From IMG/VR virus record IMGVR_UViG_3300026549_001501, positions 99,348 through 138,689 of that record: a DNA stretch of 39,342 nt, one strand, 5' to 3'. Source of the DNA: a virus. Its lineage: Duplodnaviria > Heunggongvirae > Uroviricota > Caudoviricetes. The translations under genes and the position numbers were made by a program. Within the stretch, counting starts at the first letter, position 1; each line of letters begins with the position of its first letter. The notes under the pieces were generated by a model, which was not told where the DNA came from, did not search any database, and saw only the letters and a list, made by a program, of their open reading frames with translations. This document shows, piece after piece, positions 24,625-33,762 of this stretch.

Positions 24625-25059
24625 ATGGATACACAAATGTTCTCATGGTTGAATTTCGAGACAAGTTTCTATGTCATATTCAACTACTACGACCCTTCTC
24701 ACCAATATACGGACAAGAAGATTGGCAAGTGGGTTCTCAGCGGCCCGCACAAATACCGTGTTCCGATAACTGACGTTTACTTCTTCAGGGAAATCAATGA
24801 CAAGGATTTGCACGACTCCGTATCTACAGATTCCCACTTTCCTGAGAAATGCTGCGCAATGGAATACTATGACAATACGGAGAAAAAGACTGCTGTGAAA
24901 TTTGTCGTCGGCACCGTTAAGGAAAACGAGAAGGAATTCGACAGTGTTTATAAAAAATACCGGGACGCTATGAAAGGCATTGAGAAGATTACCAATGATA
25001 TACACGCCCGATATGACAACGAGATAAAAGCTATCACGAATAAAGTAAATTTTGAATAA
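24625..25059 (+). CDS. Hypothetical protein
   Basis: 144-aa ORF. Confidence 0.75.
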   Translation: MDTQMFSWLNFETSFYVIFNYYDPSHQYTDKKIGKWVLSGPHKYRVPITDVYFFREINDKDLHDSVSTDSHFPEKCCAMEYYDNTEKKTAVKFVVGTVKENEKEFDSVYKKYRDAMKGIEKITNDIHARYDNEIKAITNKVNFE

Positions 25060-25081
25060 TGAAATTTATTTCCTATATTTG
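25051..25081 (+). promoter_or_regulatory. Bacteroidetes promoter
   Basis: TTTG 25051-25054, 19 nt, TATATTTG 25074-25081. Confidence 0.7.
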
Positions 25082-25083
25082 CG

Positions 25084-25275
25084 GTGAAAAAGAGTAAAAA
25101 CAGAAGAAACGGCGGTGAACCGTATTGGGCGACTTACTTACCAAGTTGGAGAGCTAAGGAATACGACCCAAGCAGGAAAGTGGTACAGAAGCCACTACTA
25201 CATTGTGGAGGCTGCACACGAACCTGCGACTATTATGACGCCCCCGGTTTATGCCCATTTTATAATTGTCAATAA
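25084..25275 (+). CDS. Small basic Cys-rich protein
   Basis: HCGGCTRTC..CPFYNC; GTG start uncertain. Confidence 0.55.
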   Translation: MKKSKNRRNGGEPYWATYLPSWRAKEYDPSRKVVQKPLLHCGGCTRTCDYYDAPGLCPFYNCQ

Positions 25276-25276
25276 T

Positions 25277-25777
25277 ATGGATTACAAAAAAGACTACACA
25301 AGAGCTTTCAACTTTGCTAAGAACATTCACGGAAACATGTCCAAAACCATCGACGAGATGTTGGAAACCATGTTCCCTTCACTCAAGGAAACATCTGAAG
25401 AAAAGGCAAGAAAGAAAACAATCTCGATTGTTGAACAATACGCCAGGATTTGTAAGAAGGAAGGCGAACCCTGCGATGACACAAACGAATGTATAAAGTA
25501 TCTCGAGTCAATCGCGAATAACGGTTGGACGGAAGACGACGTTAAACAGATTGATTACATCCTAAACGACGCACGTCAGGGAGTTCCGCCAGATGAAGAT
25601 GGAATGAAATATCTTGTAAACCTTCGCAATCGGGTTTTCACGAGAGTTCACGGATGGGTTCCTAAAGAACGTCAGATTTCCCTGCTTGAATCAGTGCGAG
25701 ATCATGTGGCGCAGGGAAGCGGCTACTGGGGAGAGGAAATGACAGCGATTATTACCGAACTCAAAGCATTACTGTAA
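25277..25777 (+). CDS. Divergent member of the ESEDER/EWSEED modular family
   Basis: MFPSLKETSEEKAR, GWTEDD, GWVPKERQ parallel motifs in 32522 and 38552. Confidence 0.65.
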   Translation: MDYKKDYTRAFNFAKNIHGNMSKTIDEMLETMFPSLKETSEEKARKKTISIVEQYARICKKEGEPCDDTNECIKYLESIANNGWTEDDVKQIDYILNDARQGVPPDEDGMKYLVNLRNRVFTRVHGWVPKERQISLLESVRDHVAQGSGYWGEEMTAIITELKALL

Positions 25778-26115
25778 TGAATAAAGAATTCATAAAGAAG
25801 TTCCTCACGAACACAGACGATACTGGTAGGTTCATTGTCAAGTCCATAAGGACGGGCAGAACCTATTACGTAGAGACGATAGACGATAAGGAAAGAACCG
25901 TTTGGGGTGACTATAACCCTGCTACGAAAACATTCGAAACCGCATCATACGGTTCCAAATATAAGGGAAGCATAAAGCCTGAGGAAACACTTATCACAAA
26001 GGAGAACAGCTTTGAGAAGATACATACACTTGGCGTGGGTGAATCCCCGCTCGATTACATTAACAGACTAGACGACAAATATTATGAACAAATACGAAAT
26101 TCTGGAAAAGATTAA
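25777..26115 (+). CDS. Conserved hypothetical protein
   Basis: TDDTGRFIVKS.RTGRTYYVE..WGD.NPATK. Confidence 0.75.
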   Translation: MNKEFIKKFLTNTDDTGRFIVKSIRTGRTYYVETIDDKERTVWGDYNPATKTFETASYGSKYKGSIKPEETLITKENSFEKIHTLGVGESPLDYINRLDDKYYEQIRNSGKD

Positions 26116-26200
26116 GTATGAAATGAATGATGGCTGCAATGATTGCTTTGATTTCATTGATTGGTTAAGGGATTTTATCGACGAACAGTTAGATAAATAA
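26084..26200 (+). CDS. Small protein (38 aa, not in ORF track)
   Basis: MNKYEILEKIK..DFIDEQLDK fills gap. Confidence 0.45.
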   Translation: MNKYEILEKIKYEMNDGCNDCFDFIDWLRDFIDEQLDK

Positions 26201-26203
26201 AAT

Positions 26204-26461
26204 ATGGAAAAGAAGTATTATCCCCTTTTTAGCGTTGACGTTTGTACAATGACTTACGCAATGGACTACAGGATTGTCGGAGCGGAAAGCCCCGAGGATT
26301 TGCTCGCCCATTGGGAAGAATTGTTTGGTAATGACAGCCTCATAGACTATGAGCACGATACTCCTGTGGATATAAAGAACTTGGATAAAATCACCCCTAT
26401 TCCCGACGCGTACACCACTACTCCGTATAAGGTTATTGACAGTTACAGTTATTTTGAATAG
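26204..26461 (+). CDS. Hypothetical protein
   Basis: 85-aa ORF. Confidence 0.7.
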   Translation: MEKKYYPLFSVDVCTMTYAMDYRIVGAESPEDLLAHWEELFGNDSLIDYEHDTPVDIKNLDKITPIPDAYTTTPYKVIDSYSYFE

Positions 26462-26464
26462 ACT

Positions 26465-26761
26465 ATGTTGAAGAACAGAGAAAACCTTCTTCTTACGGAA
26501 GAAGAATGCAATTTAATTGATGAAATTAATTGCGACAATGAATCGGGAAGACATTTGCTTGGAAAACGAAGTGACGATTATTGGAACATGCGTGTCACAA
26601 TTGAAGAGGCAGGACAGCACGAACTTGACGGCTCTGCTTCCGACAAGGAACTGCAGATGCTCGAATATATGGAACAGAGTTCAAACTATGAATATTGGAA
26701 CAGTCTCCCTGATGGGCAAAAACTATTCATTGAAGTAGAGGATGAAGAAAACATGTATTAA
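26465..26761 (+). CDS. Hypothetical acidic protein
   Basis: 98-aa ORF. Confidence 0.7.
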   Translation: MLKNRENLLLTEEECNLIDEINCDNESGRHLLGKRSDDYWNMRVTIEEAGQHELDGSASDKELQMLEYMEQSSNYEYWNSLPDGQKLFIEVEDEENMY

Positions 26762-26912
26762 GGATTTCGTATTGAACGGCGATATGCTGTTCATAGCCGG
26801 GCTTGAATATAATATTACATATAACGAAGTTGACGGGAACATTTATCTATACGATTGTTGGGGAAGATACACTCCCGTAAATAAAAGACTTATAAACGAA
26901 AATTTTCTTTGA
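26742..26912 (+). CDS. Small protein (56 aa, not in ORF track)
   Basis: MKKTCIKDFVLNGD.. fills gap. Confidence 0.5.
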   Translation: MKKTCIKDFVLNGDMLFIAGLEYNITYNEVDGNIYLYDCWGRYTPVNKRLINENFL

Positions 26913-26933
26913 TAACAAATAAATTTAACAACT

Positions 26934-27713
26934 ATGGCAGAAGAAAACAAAACCATTACCCCAAGTCAGTATTTTGACTTTATCAAGGGTGCAAAGAACA
27001 CCATTACAACCGATGACCTTAAGAAATCCTACGAGGTATTCGTTACCCTCGCAGAGAAGTACAACAAACTCGGACAGACTGAATCCATGAAGAAGCTCTG
27101 CTTCCTCGCCGACACGCTCGCCAAGGAGGAGAAGCTTATCGAAATGGGTATCAACACCTTCGTCTACAAGGATACCATTGAAGACTACATTGAGAATGTA
27201 GCCGACAAGACGGTTAAAATCGTTGAGCTTTCCCGCTATATGCGAGAGATTCCAGATGAGCTCGTGGATACCATTGAGAAGGTTAAGCCCCTTTTCGACG
27301 AGTTGTATGTGGTATTCACAGATTACACAGGAAAGGAGGAGCGCAAGGTTGAGAAGGAGCGCCGCGACAAGGACCCTATCCTCTTCGGCGTGTTCAAGAC
27401 GCAAAGCACCGTTGCTGACAGGTTCTATTTCCTCGGCGACTGGGTTGACGAATACTGCGACCTTACGCTCGACAAAATGGTTCATCAGTACACAGAGAAG
27501 AAGGGCTATTCCCCGACTATCAAGGTTGAAGTGCCTGAGACTGCAGAGGAACTAGTATCCCTCCTCAAAACCTACAAACCTAATGACGGTAAGAGCGGAT
27601 ATGCTCTTACTAACAGCACCCTCTCTTTCGACGTGCCAGCGTACGAGGCAGATCCTCAGGCTGAGAAGAAGAGTGGGTTCTTCAGCAAGATTCGCAGCGT
27701 ATTCAAGAAGTAG
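26934..27713 (+). CDS. Conserved phage protein (DPILFG..RFYFLGDWVDEYCDLT type)
   Basis: 259 aa; motif familiar from phage hypotheticals; strongly C/G-ending codons. Confidence 0.85.
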   Translation: MAEENKTITPSQYFDFIKGAKNTITTDDLKKSYEVFVTLAEKYNKLGQTESMKKLCFLADTLAKEEKLIEMGINTFVYKDTIEDYIENVADKTVKIVELSRYMREIPDELVDTIEKVKPLFDELYVVFTDYTGKEERKVEKERRDKDPILFGVFKTQSTVADRFYFLGDWVDEYCDLTLDKMVHQYTEKKGYSPTIKVEVPETAEELVSLLKTYKPNDGKSGYALTNSTLSFDVPAYEADPQAEKKSGFFSKIRSVFKK

Positions 27714-27718
27714 CGGAT

Positions 27719-28135
27719 ATGATTTCCCCGAAAATTGACTTGACGGAAAACAGAGAATTCAGTGGTGGGCACCCTTCTATCATGGAAATGGACACGCCCA
27801 TCCCTGATTTCATGTTTTACGAAAAAATGACTCCTGAACAAATGGACAAATTCCTATTTCGGGAGAAATATTTTGGTAAATTTACCCATTATAACGAAAG
27901 GTACAAAATTTTCGACGGGGAGCGTAAATGGAAGGAAAAGGTGCGCACCCATTGCGAACGTTGCGGTAAGGAAATTAAGGCACCTTGGACGAAGAGATTC
28001 GGACTTTGCCCCGAGTGCGACGACATAATGGAAAACAGCGGGGTTCCGTGGAAAGACAGATATAAGACGACGCCAAACGAGGAGTCTGGGTGGTCGAACG
28101 ACAGAACCGCTTACGATTTATTTAACGCAAGATAA
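27719..28135 (+). CDS. Zinc-ribbon-containing hypothetical protein
   Basis: HCERCGKEI..GLCPECD. Confidence 0.7.
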   Translation: MISPKIDLTENREFSGGHPSIMEMDTPIPDFMFYEKMTPEQMDKFLFREKYFGKFTHYNERYKIFDGERKWKEKVRTHCERCGKEIKAPWTKRFGLCPECDDIMENSGVPWKDRYKTTPNEESGWSNDRTAYDLFNAR

Positions 28136-28158
28136 AATATCGACCATATGGCCAATAA

Positions 28159-28190
28159 TTTGGAATTATAGACCATAAGGCCTATATTTG
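28159..28190 (+). promoter_or_regulatory. Bacteroidetes promoter
   Basis: TTTG 28159-28162, 20 nt, TATATTTG 28183-28190. Confidence 0.75.
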
Positions 28191-28196
28191 CACAAG

Positions 28197-28472
28197 ATGA
28201 ATATGTTCGAATTAAAATTAACAGGTGAGATTCACCGAGATATTGACACCGTATACGAAGCCGTTGGCTATGCGGAAGCGCTTATTGACGGGTTAGTCAA
28301 GGAAGAAATCGCTCAGAACAATGAAAATAGAAAGCGCATGGGTATATTTCTCGAAATGTTATCAATTCAAGATGACATTAAGAAAACTGTAGAGTCCGCG
28401 AGGCGTATGCGCAGGGAAGAGGAGAAATATTGTTATGGGCCCCTGGCCGGTAGAGAAGATATGCCTTTTTAA
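28197..28472 (+). CDS. Hypothetical protein
   Basis: Start moved to ATG after promoter. Confidence 0.7.
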   Translation: MNMFELKLTGEIHRDIDTVYEAVGYAEALIDGLVKEEIAQNNENRKRMGIFLEMLSIQDDIKKTVESARRMRREEEKYCYGPLAGREDMPF

Positions 28473-28484
28473 AATTTAACAACT

Positions 28485-28751
28485 ATGGCACAGAATAAAT
28501 TAACCTTCAAATTTAAAGGAACAGTCGTAAAGCTCGGATTCTCAGATGAAGAGCTTGGACGTATTTTCGTGGAGACGTACTATTCTCCCGAGACTGACGA
28601 TAACAACAATCCGCCGGATAAAATGTTCTATGTGGATGGTGAGGAATATGGAGCATTCCTCCTCCTTGAGGAAGAGCAGGTGGAAATCACAGACAAGGAC
28701 GGTAAAACCGTAGATTATGTGAATTTCAGGATCAACGGCTTTAACAAATAA
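28485..28751 (+). CDS. Hypothetical protein
   Basis: 88-aa ORF. Confidence 0.7.
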   Translation: MAQNKLTFKFKGTVVKLGFSDEELGRIFVETYYSPETDDNNNPPDKMFYVDGEEYGAFLLLEEEQVEITDKDGKTVDYVNFRINGFNK

Positions 28752-28754
28752 ATT

Positions 28755-29273
28755 ATGACATATTCAGAAGGAACCGGAAGTTACGAAGCAGACTTCCTCG
28801 AAAACATACTTGACACCGAATACAAGTACGGCATTCCCTATAAGATTAACAGGGAGAAATATGAAGCCGTCATGAAGGAGTTTGAAAAAGAAGTGCGTAT
28901 TAAGGACGCCAACGTCGTTGTATTCCACGCCGACTATAACAAGGAAGATGACGAACCCGAACGAGGAATCTACAGCTTTGCGTTTTTCGCCTGGCCGCAG
29001 AATAGCCCTGAGGGAAGCGAAGACTTTTATGACTGTTCTCAATTTTGGGATTACAACTACGATTATAAGCACAAGGAAAAATTCGAGGAATTTGTTCACG
29101 CTATCCTTGGCAGCGTAATTGGCATTGATAACCAACACCTTCTTTCGCTCATAAACGAAAGAACAATAGAACGCGACAAAATAACTCGGGAAATTAAAAC
29201 ATTGGAAAGTTATTTAGGCCCAACCGACAACAAACAAGAAAAAGCAAATGACAAAGGAAGAAATTTTAAATAG
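28755..29273 (+). CDS. Hypothetical protein
   Basis: 172-aa ORF. Confidence 0.75.
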   Translation: MTYSEGTGSYEADFLENILDTEYKYGIPYKINREKYEAVMKEFEKEVRIKDANVVVFHADYNKEDDEPERGIYSFAFFAWPQNSPEGSEDFYDCSQFWDYNYDYKHKEKFEEFVHAILGSVIGIDNQHLLSLINERTIERDKITREIKTLESYLGPTDNKQEKANDKGRNFK

Positions 29274-29412
29274 TCCCGAATATAAAGCAGCGCATATTTG
29301 TTTTCAAAACGGATGCTGCAAAGGGCTTGATCTGGCGGAAATGGCTCATTATATGTTCCTTCAAGGAATTAAATTTGCTAAAACAGGCGAAATGCCAGAA
29401 TTAATGTCGTAA
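29248..29412 (+). CDS. Small protein (54 aa, not in ORF track)
   Basis: MTKEEILNSPEY.. fills gap. Confidence 0.55.
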   Translation: MTKEEILNSPEYKAAHICFQNGCCKGLDLAEMAHYMFLQGIKFAKTGEMPELMS

Positions 29413-29415
29413 GAT

Positions 29416-29631
29416 ATGAAAGCACCTGATAAAATTTATGTAAGCTACGAACATGATTATTTTGTTCCTGCCGATGGGAATAAATTGCCTAATCAAATTG
29501 AATATGTCCGCACTGATGCTATATTGAATTGGGTGAAGGAACAGGAATCCTGCCTGACGGTTAGCAGCATTTCCTCCGACGCATTCCAATTCGCCCTCAA
29601 TATGTTGAAGGAAAAACTTAGTAAATTATGA
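29416..29631 (+). CDS. APDKIYVS-family protein, copy 1
   Basis: MKAPDKIYVS..IEYVRTDAIL.W paralog of 34555. Confidence 0.8.
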   Translation: MKAPDKIYVSYEHDYFVPADGNKLPNQIEYVRTDAILNWVKEQESCLTVSSISSDAFQFALNMLKEKLSKL

Positions 29632-29756
29632 ACGATTTTTTGTTCTCATTTAAAATAGGCAAGCACGAATTTGCTATCCGCCGTCAGTTCTACTGGTGGT
29701 TCAACAACGGCTACGCAAGACAGTTTATGTGGTTTTACGTTTATACTGAAAAATAA
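29628..29756 (+). CDS. Aromatic-rich 42-aa peptide, copy 1 (not in ORF track)
   Basis: FSFKIGK..RR.F.WWFNNGY.RQFMW; 29/41 identical to 34102. Confidence 0.75.
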   Translation: MNDFLFSFKIGKHEFAIRRQFYWWFNNGYARQFMWFYVYTEK

Positions 29757-29761
29757 TTGGC

Positions 29762-30220
29762 ATGAAACTTAAGAAAGTATGTTTCTCTACGCAGCTATCA
29801 GAGTTGTACGGAAGAGATGGCTATCAGCCGCATATTAAGGAAGGACAGGAGTATTGGTATTTTTTCCCTGACGACACGGAAATATTCAGGGAAACGCACG
29901 AGCATTGGAATAAAATTCGGATTTCGTATGTGCGTAGCGGTTGCCTGTTCTACATATTTCCTGAGCACCCGAATGTACCCGAGGAATTTTGCCCCGTAAG
30001 TTGCATAATGGCGTCACAGTTTATTATGGCTGAATTGGATCCGGTGAAAGATTTAAAAGATATCATGAAAGATATAGATACCGATTCCGCAAGGGAAATG
30101 TATTGCTTCGACGATAAGCGTACAACAGTAAAGAACTGGCCCAATGAGAAAGAGGCAGACATTAACGCCGATGACGTTCTTTCCAAGCCTGAACTCCTAC
30201 TATTAAGGCATTTAAATTAA
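29762..30220 (+). CDS. Hypothetical protein
   Basis: 152-aa ORF. Confidence 0.75.
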   Translation: MKLKKVCFSTQLSELYGRDGYQPHIKEGQEYWYFFPDDTEIFRETHEHWNKIRISYVRSGCLFYIFPEHPNVPEEFCPVSCIMASQFIMAELDPVKDLKDIMKDIDTDSAREMYCFDDKRTTVKNWPNEKEADINADDVLSKPELLLLRHLN

Positions 30221-30233
30221 AATTTGTAAATTT

Positions 30234-30434
30234 ATGACAGACAAAGTTAGATTTGCCGCAGAGTCAGCAGCCGAAATCGCGTACCACCAGGCGTACGATT
30301 GCGGTGCCATTATGGAGGATTGTATCAACGCCGCTCAGGAAGCATACGAACACGTCGCCGGGGAGAAAATGGAAGACATTCTTGATTTCTTCGGTATTGA
30401 CGAAGAGGAGTACGAGCTTTATAAAGATTGCTAA
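30234..30434 (+). CDS. Small acidic protein
   Basis: 66-aa ORF. Confidence 0.65.
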   Translation: MTDKVRFAAESAAEIAYHQAYDCGAIMEDCINAAQEAYEHVAGEKMEDILDFFGIDEEEYELYKDC

Positions 30435-30445
30435 AAATTTATAAT

Positions 30446-31051
30446 ATGACACAGAAAGAACAAATACGTTCTGAAATTGACAGATATATCCAATATATGT
30501 ACGACGGACGCTACGATAAGGATTCCGAGGTGTACAATATGCTTGATAAGTGCGCAAGGCATTTTATCAATTTTGGCAGCCAGATTGTTAAGGGAACGAC
30601 TGCTGACGAACCGAGTGACGAGACTCAAGAAATTATTGCCGCTCTTGCCACGGAAGATGGTGAATGTCGCGCATTTAAAGAAGCAAAAGCGAACAATACA
30701 GCATACATCATTGAAGACGGATGGATAGTCAGGGTTTATGCTGACAACCACAAGGAGAAAATCAAATATATAGGTGAAACAACTGTTAAGATAAATAACG
30801 ATGAAAAATTGGTGGGTTACTTTTTGGATGTCATACCCAAGATTAAAGGATGGGTTGCAAGGGAAGGTGTAAGCAAAATACCATACAAATATGTTTATTC
30901 GCATCAACTTGCTTTTTTCAAAAACAAGCCAAAAAGATGTGACGGTGAGTGGAACGGCGTATTAGGAATGTACATAAATAGTGATTTGTTTCCTGACTTG
31001 AAGTGGGAAGATGAGCCTGTTGAAGTAGAATTAATAATTAATAAGATATGA
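30446..31051 (+). CDS. Mosaic hypothetical protein
   Basis: MTQKEQ start; C-terminal LFPDLKWEDEPVEVEL motif. Confidence 0.7.
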   Translation: MTQKEQIRSEIDRYIQYMYDGRYDKDSEVYNMLDKCARHFINFGSQIVKGTTADEPSDETQEIIAALATEDGECRAFKEAKANNTAYIIEDGWIVRVYADNHKEKIKYIGETTVKINNDEKLVGYFLDVIPKIKGWVAREGVSKIPYKYVYSHQLAFFKNKPKRCDGEWNGVLGMYINSDLFPDLKWEDEPVEVELIINKI

Positions 31052-31404
31052 ACAAGAAATTTTCATTAGACGAATACAGAAAAAATCCATCACAGAAGAT
31101 AGTCACTCGAGACGGCAGATCCGTTGAGATACTTTATACGGATAGGCTGTCCGAGCGTTGCGTAATTGCCCTTGTTGACGGTACAGATGCGCTTTACTAC
31201 TTCTCTAATGGTAGAGCCAATGGTGCACAAGGCGAGGACTGTGAGGATGATTTGTTCTTCGTTGTAGATGACGGCTCTGAGTTCGACTTCGAGAAAGAAA
31301 CGGAGGAACTTTGGAAATCTATCCCGAGAAGAACCCATGCTATCTATGATAGAATCAAAGAGTACGGAATGAAATGTTTAAACGCAAATAATCATGAAAT
31401 TTAA
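31048..31404 (+). CDS. PF..TRDG/RIICWD-family phage protein
   Basis: KFSLDEY..IVTRDGRSVEIL..VIALV..DDLFF. Confidence 0.75.
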   Translation: MNKKFSLDEYRKNPSQKIVTRDGRSVEILYTDRLSERCVIALVDGTDALYYFSNGRANGAQGEDCEDDLFFVVDDGSEFDFEKETEELWKSIPRRTHAIYDRIKEYGMKCLNANNHEI

Positions 31405-31543
31405 AGAAGCAGAAGCCCGTGTTCGTGGATACATCGAGAAGTTCAAGAGCGAACTTCCTAATCCAACCACTATGGAGATTGCTCTGTATATCTATAGCTG
31501 CGGACTTGAAGACGGAGCAAAGGGTGAAGAAATTAGAGGATAA
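31394..31543 (+). CDS. Small protein (49 aa, not in ORF track)
   Basis: MKFKEAEARV.. fills gap. Confidence 0.5.
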   Translation: MKFKEAEARVRGYIEKFKSELPNPTTMEIALYIYSCGLEDGAKGEEIRG

Positions 31544-31563
31544 TTTGGCAATTCATTAATAAT

Positions 31564-31821
31564 ATGTCAGAATATTCAGAACGACGTTCAAGAGAAATAC
31601 AGGAAAACGTAAGGGAAAGATGTTTTGAAGCTCGGGTTGACGCTGATTGGTGGGCTTCCGAGTGTAAGGAAATAAAAACCGAGAAACAGATAATAGCTGA
31701 GGCTAATAAAAGATATGATTCCTTCTTTGAAAGAGATGCTTTCATACGTGAAGCGGAAGAGGTGTTTATGATAGAAATGTATAGGAGACAAAAAAATGAA
31801 AAGGCAGTTAAAGACGATTAA
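31564..31821 (+). CDS. Hypothetical protein
   Basis: 85-aa ORF. Confidence 0.65.
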   Translation: MSEYSERRSREIQENVRERCFEARVDADWWASECKEIKTEKQIIAEANKRYDSFFERDAFIREAEEVFMIEMYRRQKNEKAVKDD

Positions 31822-32203
31822 ATGGAACGGCGATAATCTCAAGGAGGTTGTTGACTTCACAGGTAAAAACCCTGAGTTCGAGAAGTGGTTCAAGTCTTGG
31901 GAGGACTATGAGAATTATGTACATTCCCACGGGAATATCTTCAAGATTTTCTACCGTGACGGCAGCCACTACGAAGTGCCAGTCGGCGCTTCTATTATCA
32001 AATGGATTGACGGAACCAACGTTCCCACAGAGGGTAGATTCGTTGATAAGTGCACGAACTTGCTCAGTATGCTTCTTGAAGCCATCGACTATTCGTTCCT
32101 CAAGACTGATATGACGTACGACAAGAGCCTTACTTACCCTGTTATAGACAAGGTAAATTATATCAAGAAGGCCCTTGGTAAAGAAGATAAACTCTGGGAC
32201 TAA
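31796..32203 (+). CDS. Conserved phage protein (IKWNGDNLKEV..VGASIIK type)
   Basis: Motif familiar from phage hypotheticals. Confidence 0.75.
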   Translation: MKRQLKTIKWNGDNLKEVVDFTGKNPEFEKWFKSWEDYENYVHSHGNIFKIFYRDGSHYEVPVGASIIKWIDGTNVPTEGRFVDKCTNLLSMLLEAIDYSFLKTDMTYDKSLTYPVIDKVNYIKKALGKEDKLWD

Positions 32204-32204
32204 C

Positions 32205-32369
32205 ATGACTAAAAGATATTGTCTGTTTCTTACTAAGTCAGAAATAAATAAACTTCGTGAATTAGTAAAAGAAAACAAAAAGAGTAAGACACCTCTACGC
32301 ATTAGGAGGCGACTTGATGATTTGTATATCGAAGCAAATGGTATTGTAGTAAATGGAGGAGGAGCATAA
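32205..32369 (+). CDS. Small basic protein
   Basis: Start 1 nt after upstream stop. Confidence 0.6.
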   Translation: MTKRYCLFLTKSEINKLRELVKENKKSKTPLRIRRRLDDLYIEANGIVVNGGGA

Positions 32370-32519
32370 ATGACACAGGAAGAAAAAGACCGTAAAAAAG
32401 CCGAAATTATAATGGAGTTTATTGGCATTAATCCTTATAAGCCAGTAACAAGTATGACGGTGCTTGAACTCTATGACTTAATAAAATTAGCCGTTAATAG
32501 GAAACAAGAATATTACTAG
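32370..32519 (+). CDS. Small MTQEEK-start protein (49 aa, not in ORF track)
   Basis: First 19 nt identical to next gene start. Confidence 0.6.
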   Translation: MTQEEKDRKKAEIIMEFIGINPYKPVTSMTVLELYDLIKLAVNRKQEYY

Positions 32520-32521
32520 TT

Positions 32522-33622
32522 ATGACACAGGAAGAAAAAGCAAAAGCCTACGATGAGGCTTTGAAAAGAATAGAAAATCTCGAAAATACAACTTCGGAAG
32601 AGGAAGCTGTTATTAACTATATTTTTCCTCAGCTTCACGAGAGCGAGGACGAGAGGATAATACGATTTTTCGCTGAGCTTGCCACAAATGCTTGTGGTGG
32701 GGCTGGACAAGAGTATTATGAAGAACTTGGACTGAACTATGACAAGGTTATGACTTGGCTCGAAAAGCAGAAAGAGCAGAAGCCAGAATCTTGTGATTGT
32801 AGTAGAGATGAAGAAAGCTATACTAATGGCATTCATCATGTGCTTATGAATCCCGAAGCGTATGGACTGATAAAGCAGAAGCCCGCAGAGTGGAGCGAGG
32901 ATACTATTCGCAAAGCCATCGAAGAAGTTGGCTTAACCCAGCATCAAATCAATTGGTTTAAGAACAATGTATTTCCGCCCAAACAAGAGTGGAGCGAGGA
33001 AGATAAGGTAATGCTAAACAACATAATATGGAGCGTACATATGAAGTCCATAATAAAGCCTTTGTACGAAATTGACGATAGGAGCAGATATAAAAAATAC
33101 GAGGATTTCCTCAAAGCTCTTCCCGAAAGGTTCAATCTTCAGCCAAGAACAGAGTGGAGCAAGGAAGAGAAGGAAAGAATAAGGCAGAGTGGGCGTCTGG
33201 ATGTGTGTTATAATCCCGAAAAATACGGATTATGCCATAAAACAGAGTGGGGCGATGGGGAAATGAAAGCGTTAGACTCTATAATAAACGACTATGAACT
33301 AGCTGCTAAATCATTTTGCGGTCATGACGGAAAGATTATGTTTTTAAAAGCAATTCGTGATGGTGAATATGGCTTGTCAAAACAGGAGTGGAGCGAGGAA
33401 GATGAAAAGACATTTAATTCTATTTTTAATGATTTTAAACAGGATGTAATTCCTGATAAAGAAGACCAGGAATGGCTTAAGAATCGCCTTAAATCCCTCC
33501 GTCCCCAGCCTCATTGGAAGCCCAGCGAGGAACAGATGAAAGCGTTGTTTGCTGCATCGGAACGAAATGATAAATTGGGCGCAATCTTAAATAACCTGTA
33601 TAACGGCCTTAAAAAGTTATAG
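32522..33622 (+). CDS. Modular EWSEED-repeat protein
   Basis: ESEDERI, five EWSE/KE-type repeats, two NPE.YGL modules, C-terminal LKSLRPQPHWKPSEEQM. Confidence 0.85.
   Translation: MTQEEKAKAYDEALKRIENLENTTSEEEAVINYIFPQLHESEDERIIRFFAELATNACGGAGQEYYEELGLNYDKVMTWLEKQKEQKPESCDCSRDEESYTNGIHHVLMNPEAYGLIKQKPAEWSEDTIRKAIEEVGLTQHQINWFKNNVFPPKQEWSEEDKVMLNNIIWSVHMKSIIKPLYEIDDRSRYKKYEDFLKALPERFNLQPRTEWSKEEKERIRQSGRLDVCYNPEKYGLCHKTEWGDGEMKALDSIINDYELAAKSFCGHDGKIMFLKAIRDGEYGLSKQEWSEEDEKTFNSIFNDFKQDVIPDKEDQEWLKNRLKSLRPQPHWKPSEEQMKALFAASERNDKLGAILNNLYNGLKKL
32888..33399 (+). repeat. Intragenic GAGTGGAGCGAGGA repeats
   Basis: Exact at 32888, 32987, 33386 (also 38987); variants at 33152 and 33245. Confidence 0.85.
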
Positions 33623-33624
33623 TT

Positions 33625-33762
33625 ATGGACAACATGTATAAAGCGGCATATTATATAAAATGCAAAAATTGGACACCTTGTGACGCTCTTATTTCAGCAA
33701 TGATTGCTGCAACAGAAAAGCGAAAGGAATTAAAACATAGTAAAGACAATGAAATACATTGA
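33625..33762 (+). CDS. Small protein (45 aa, not in ORF track)
   Basis: MDNMYKAAYY.. fills gap. Confidence 0.45.
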   Translation: MDNMYKAAYYIKCKNWTPCDALISAMIAATEKRKELKHSKDNEIH

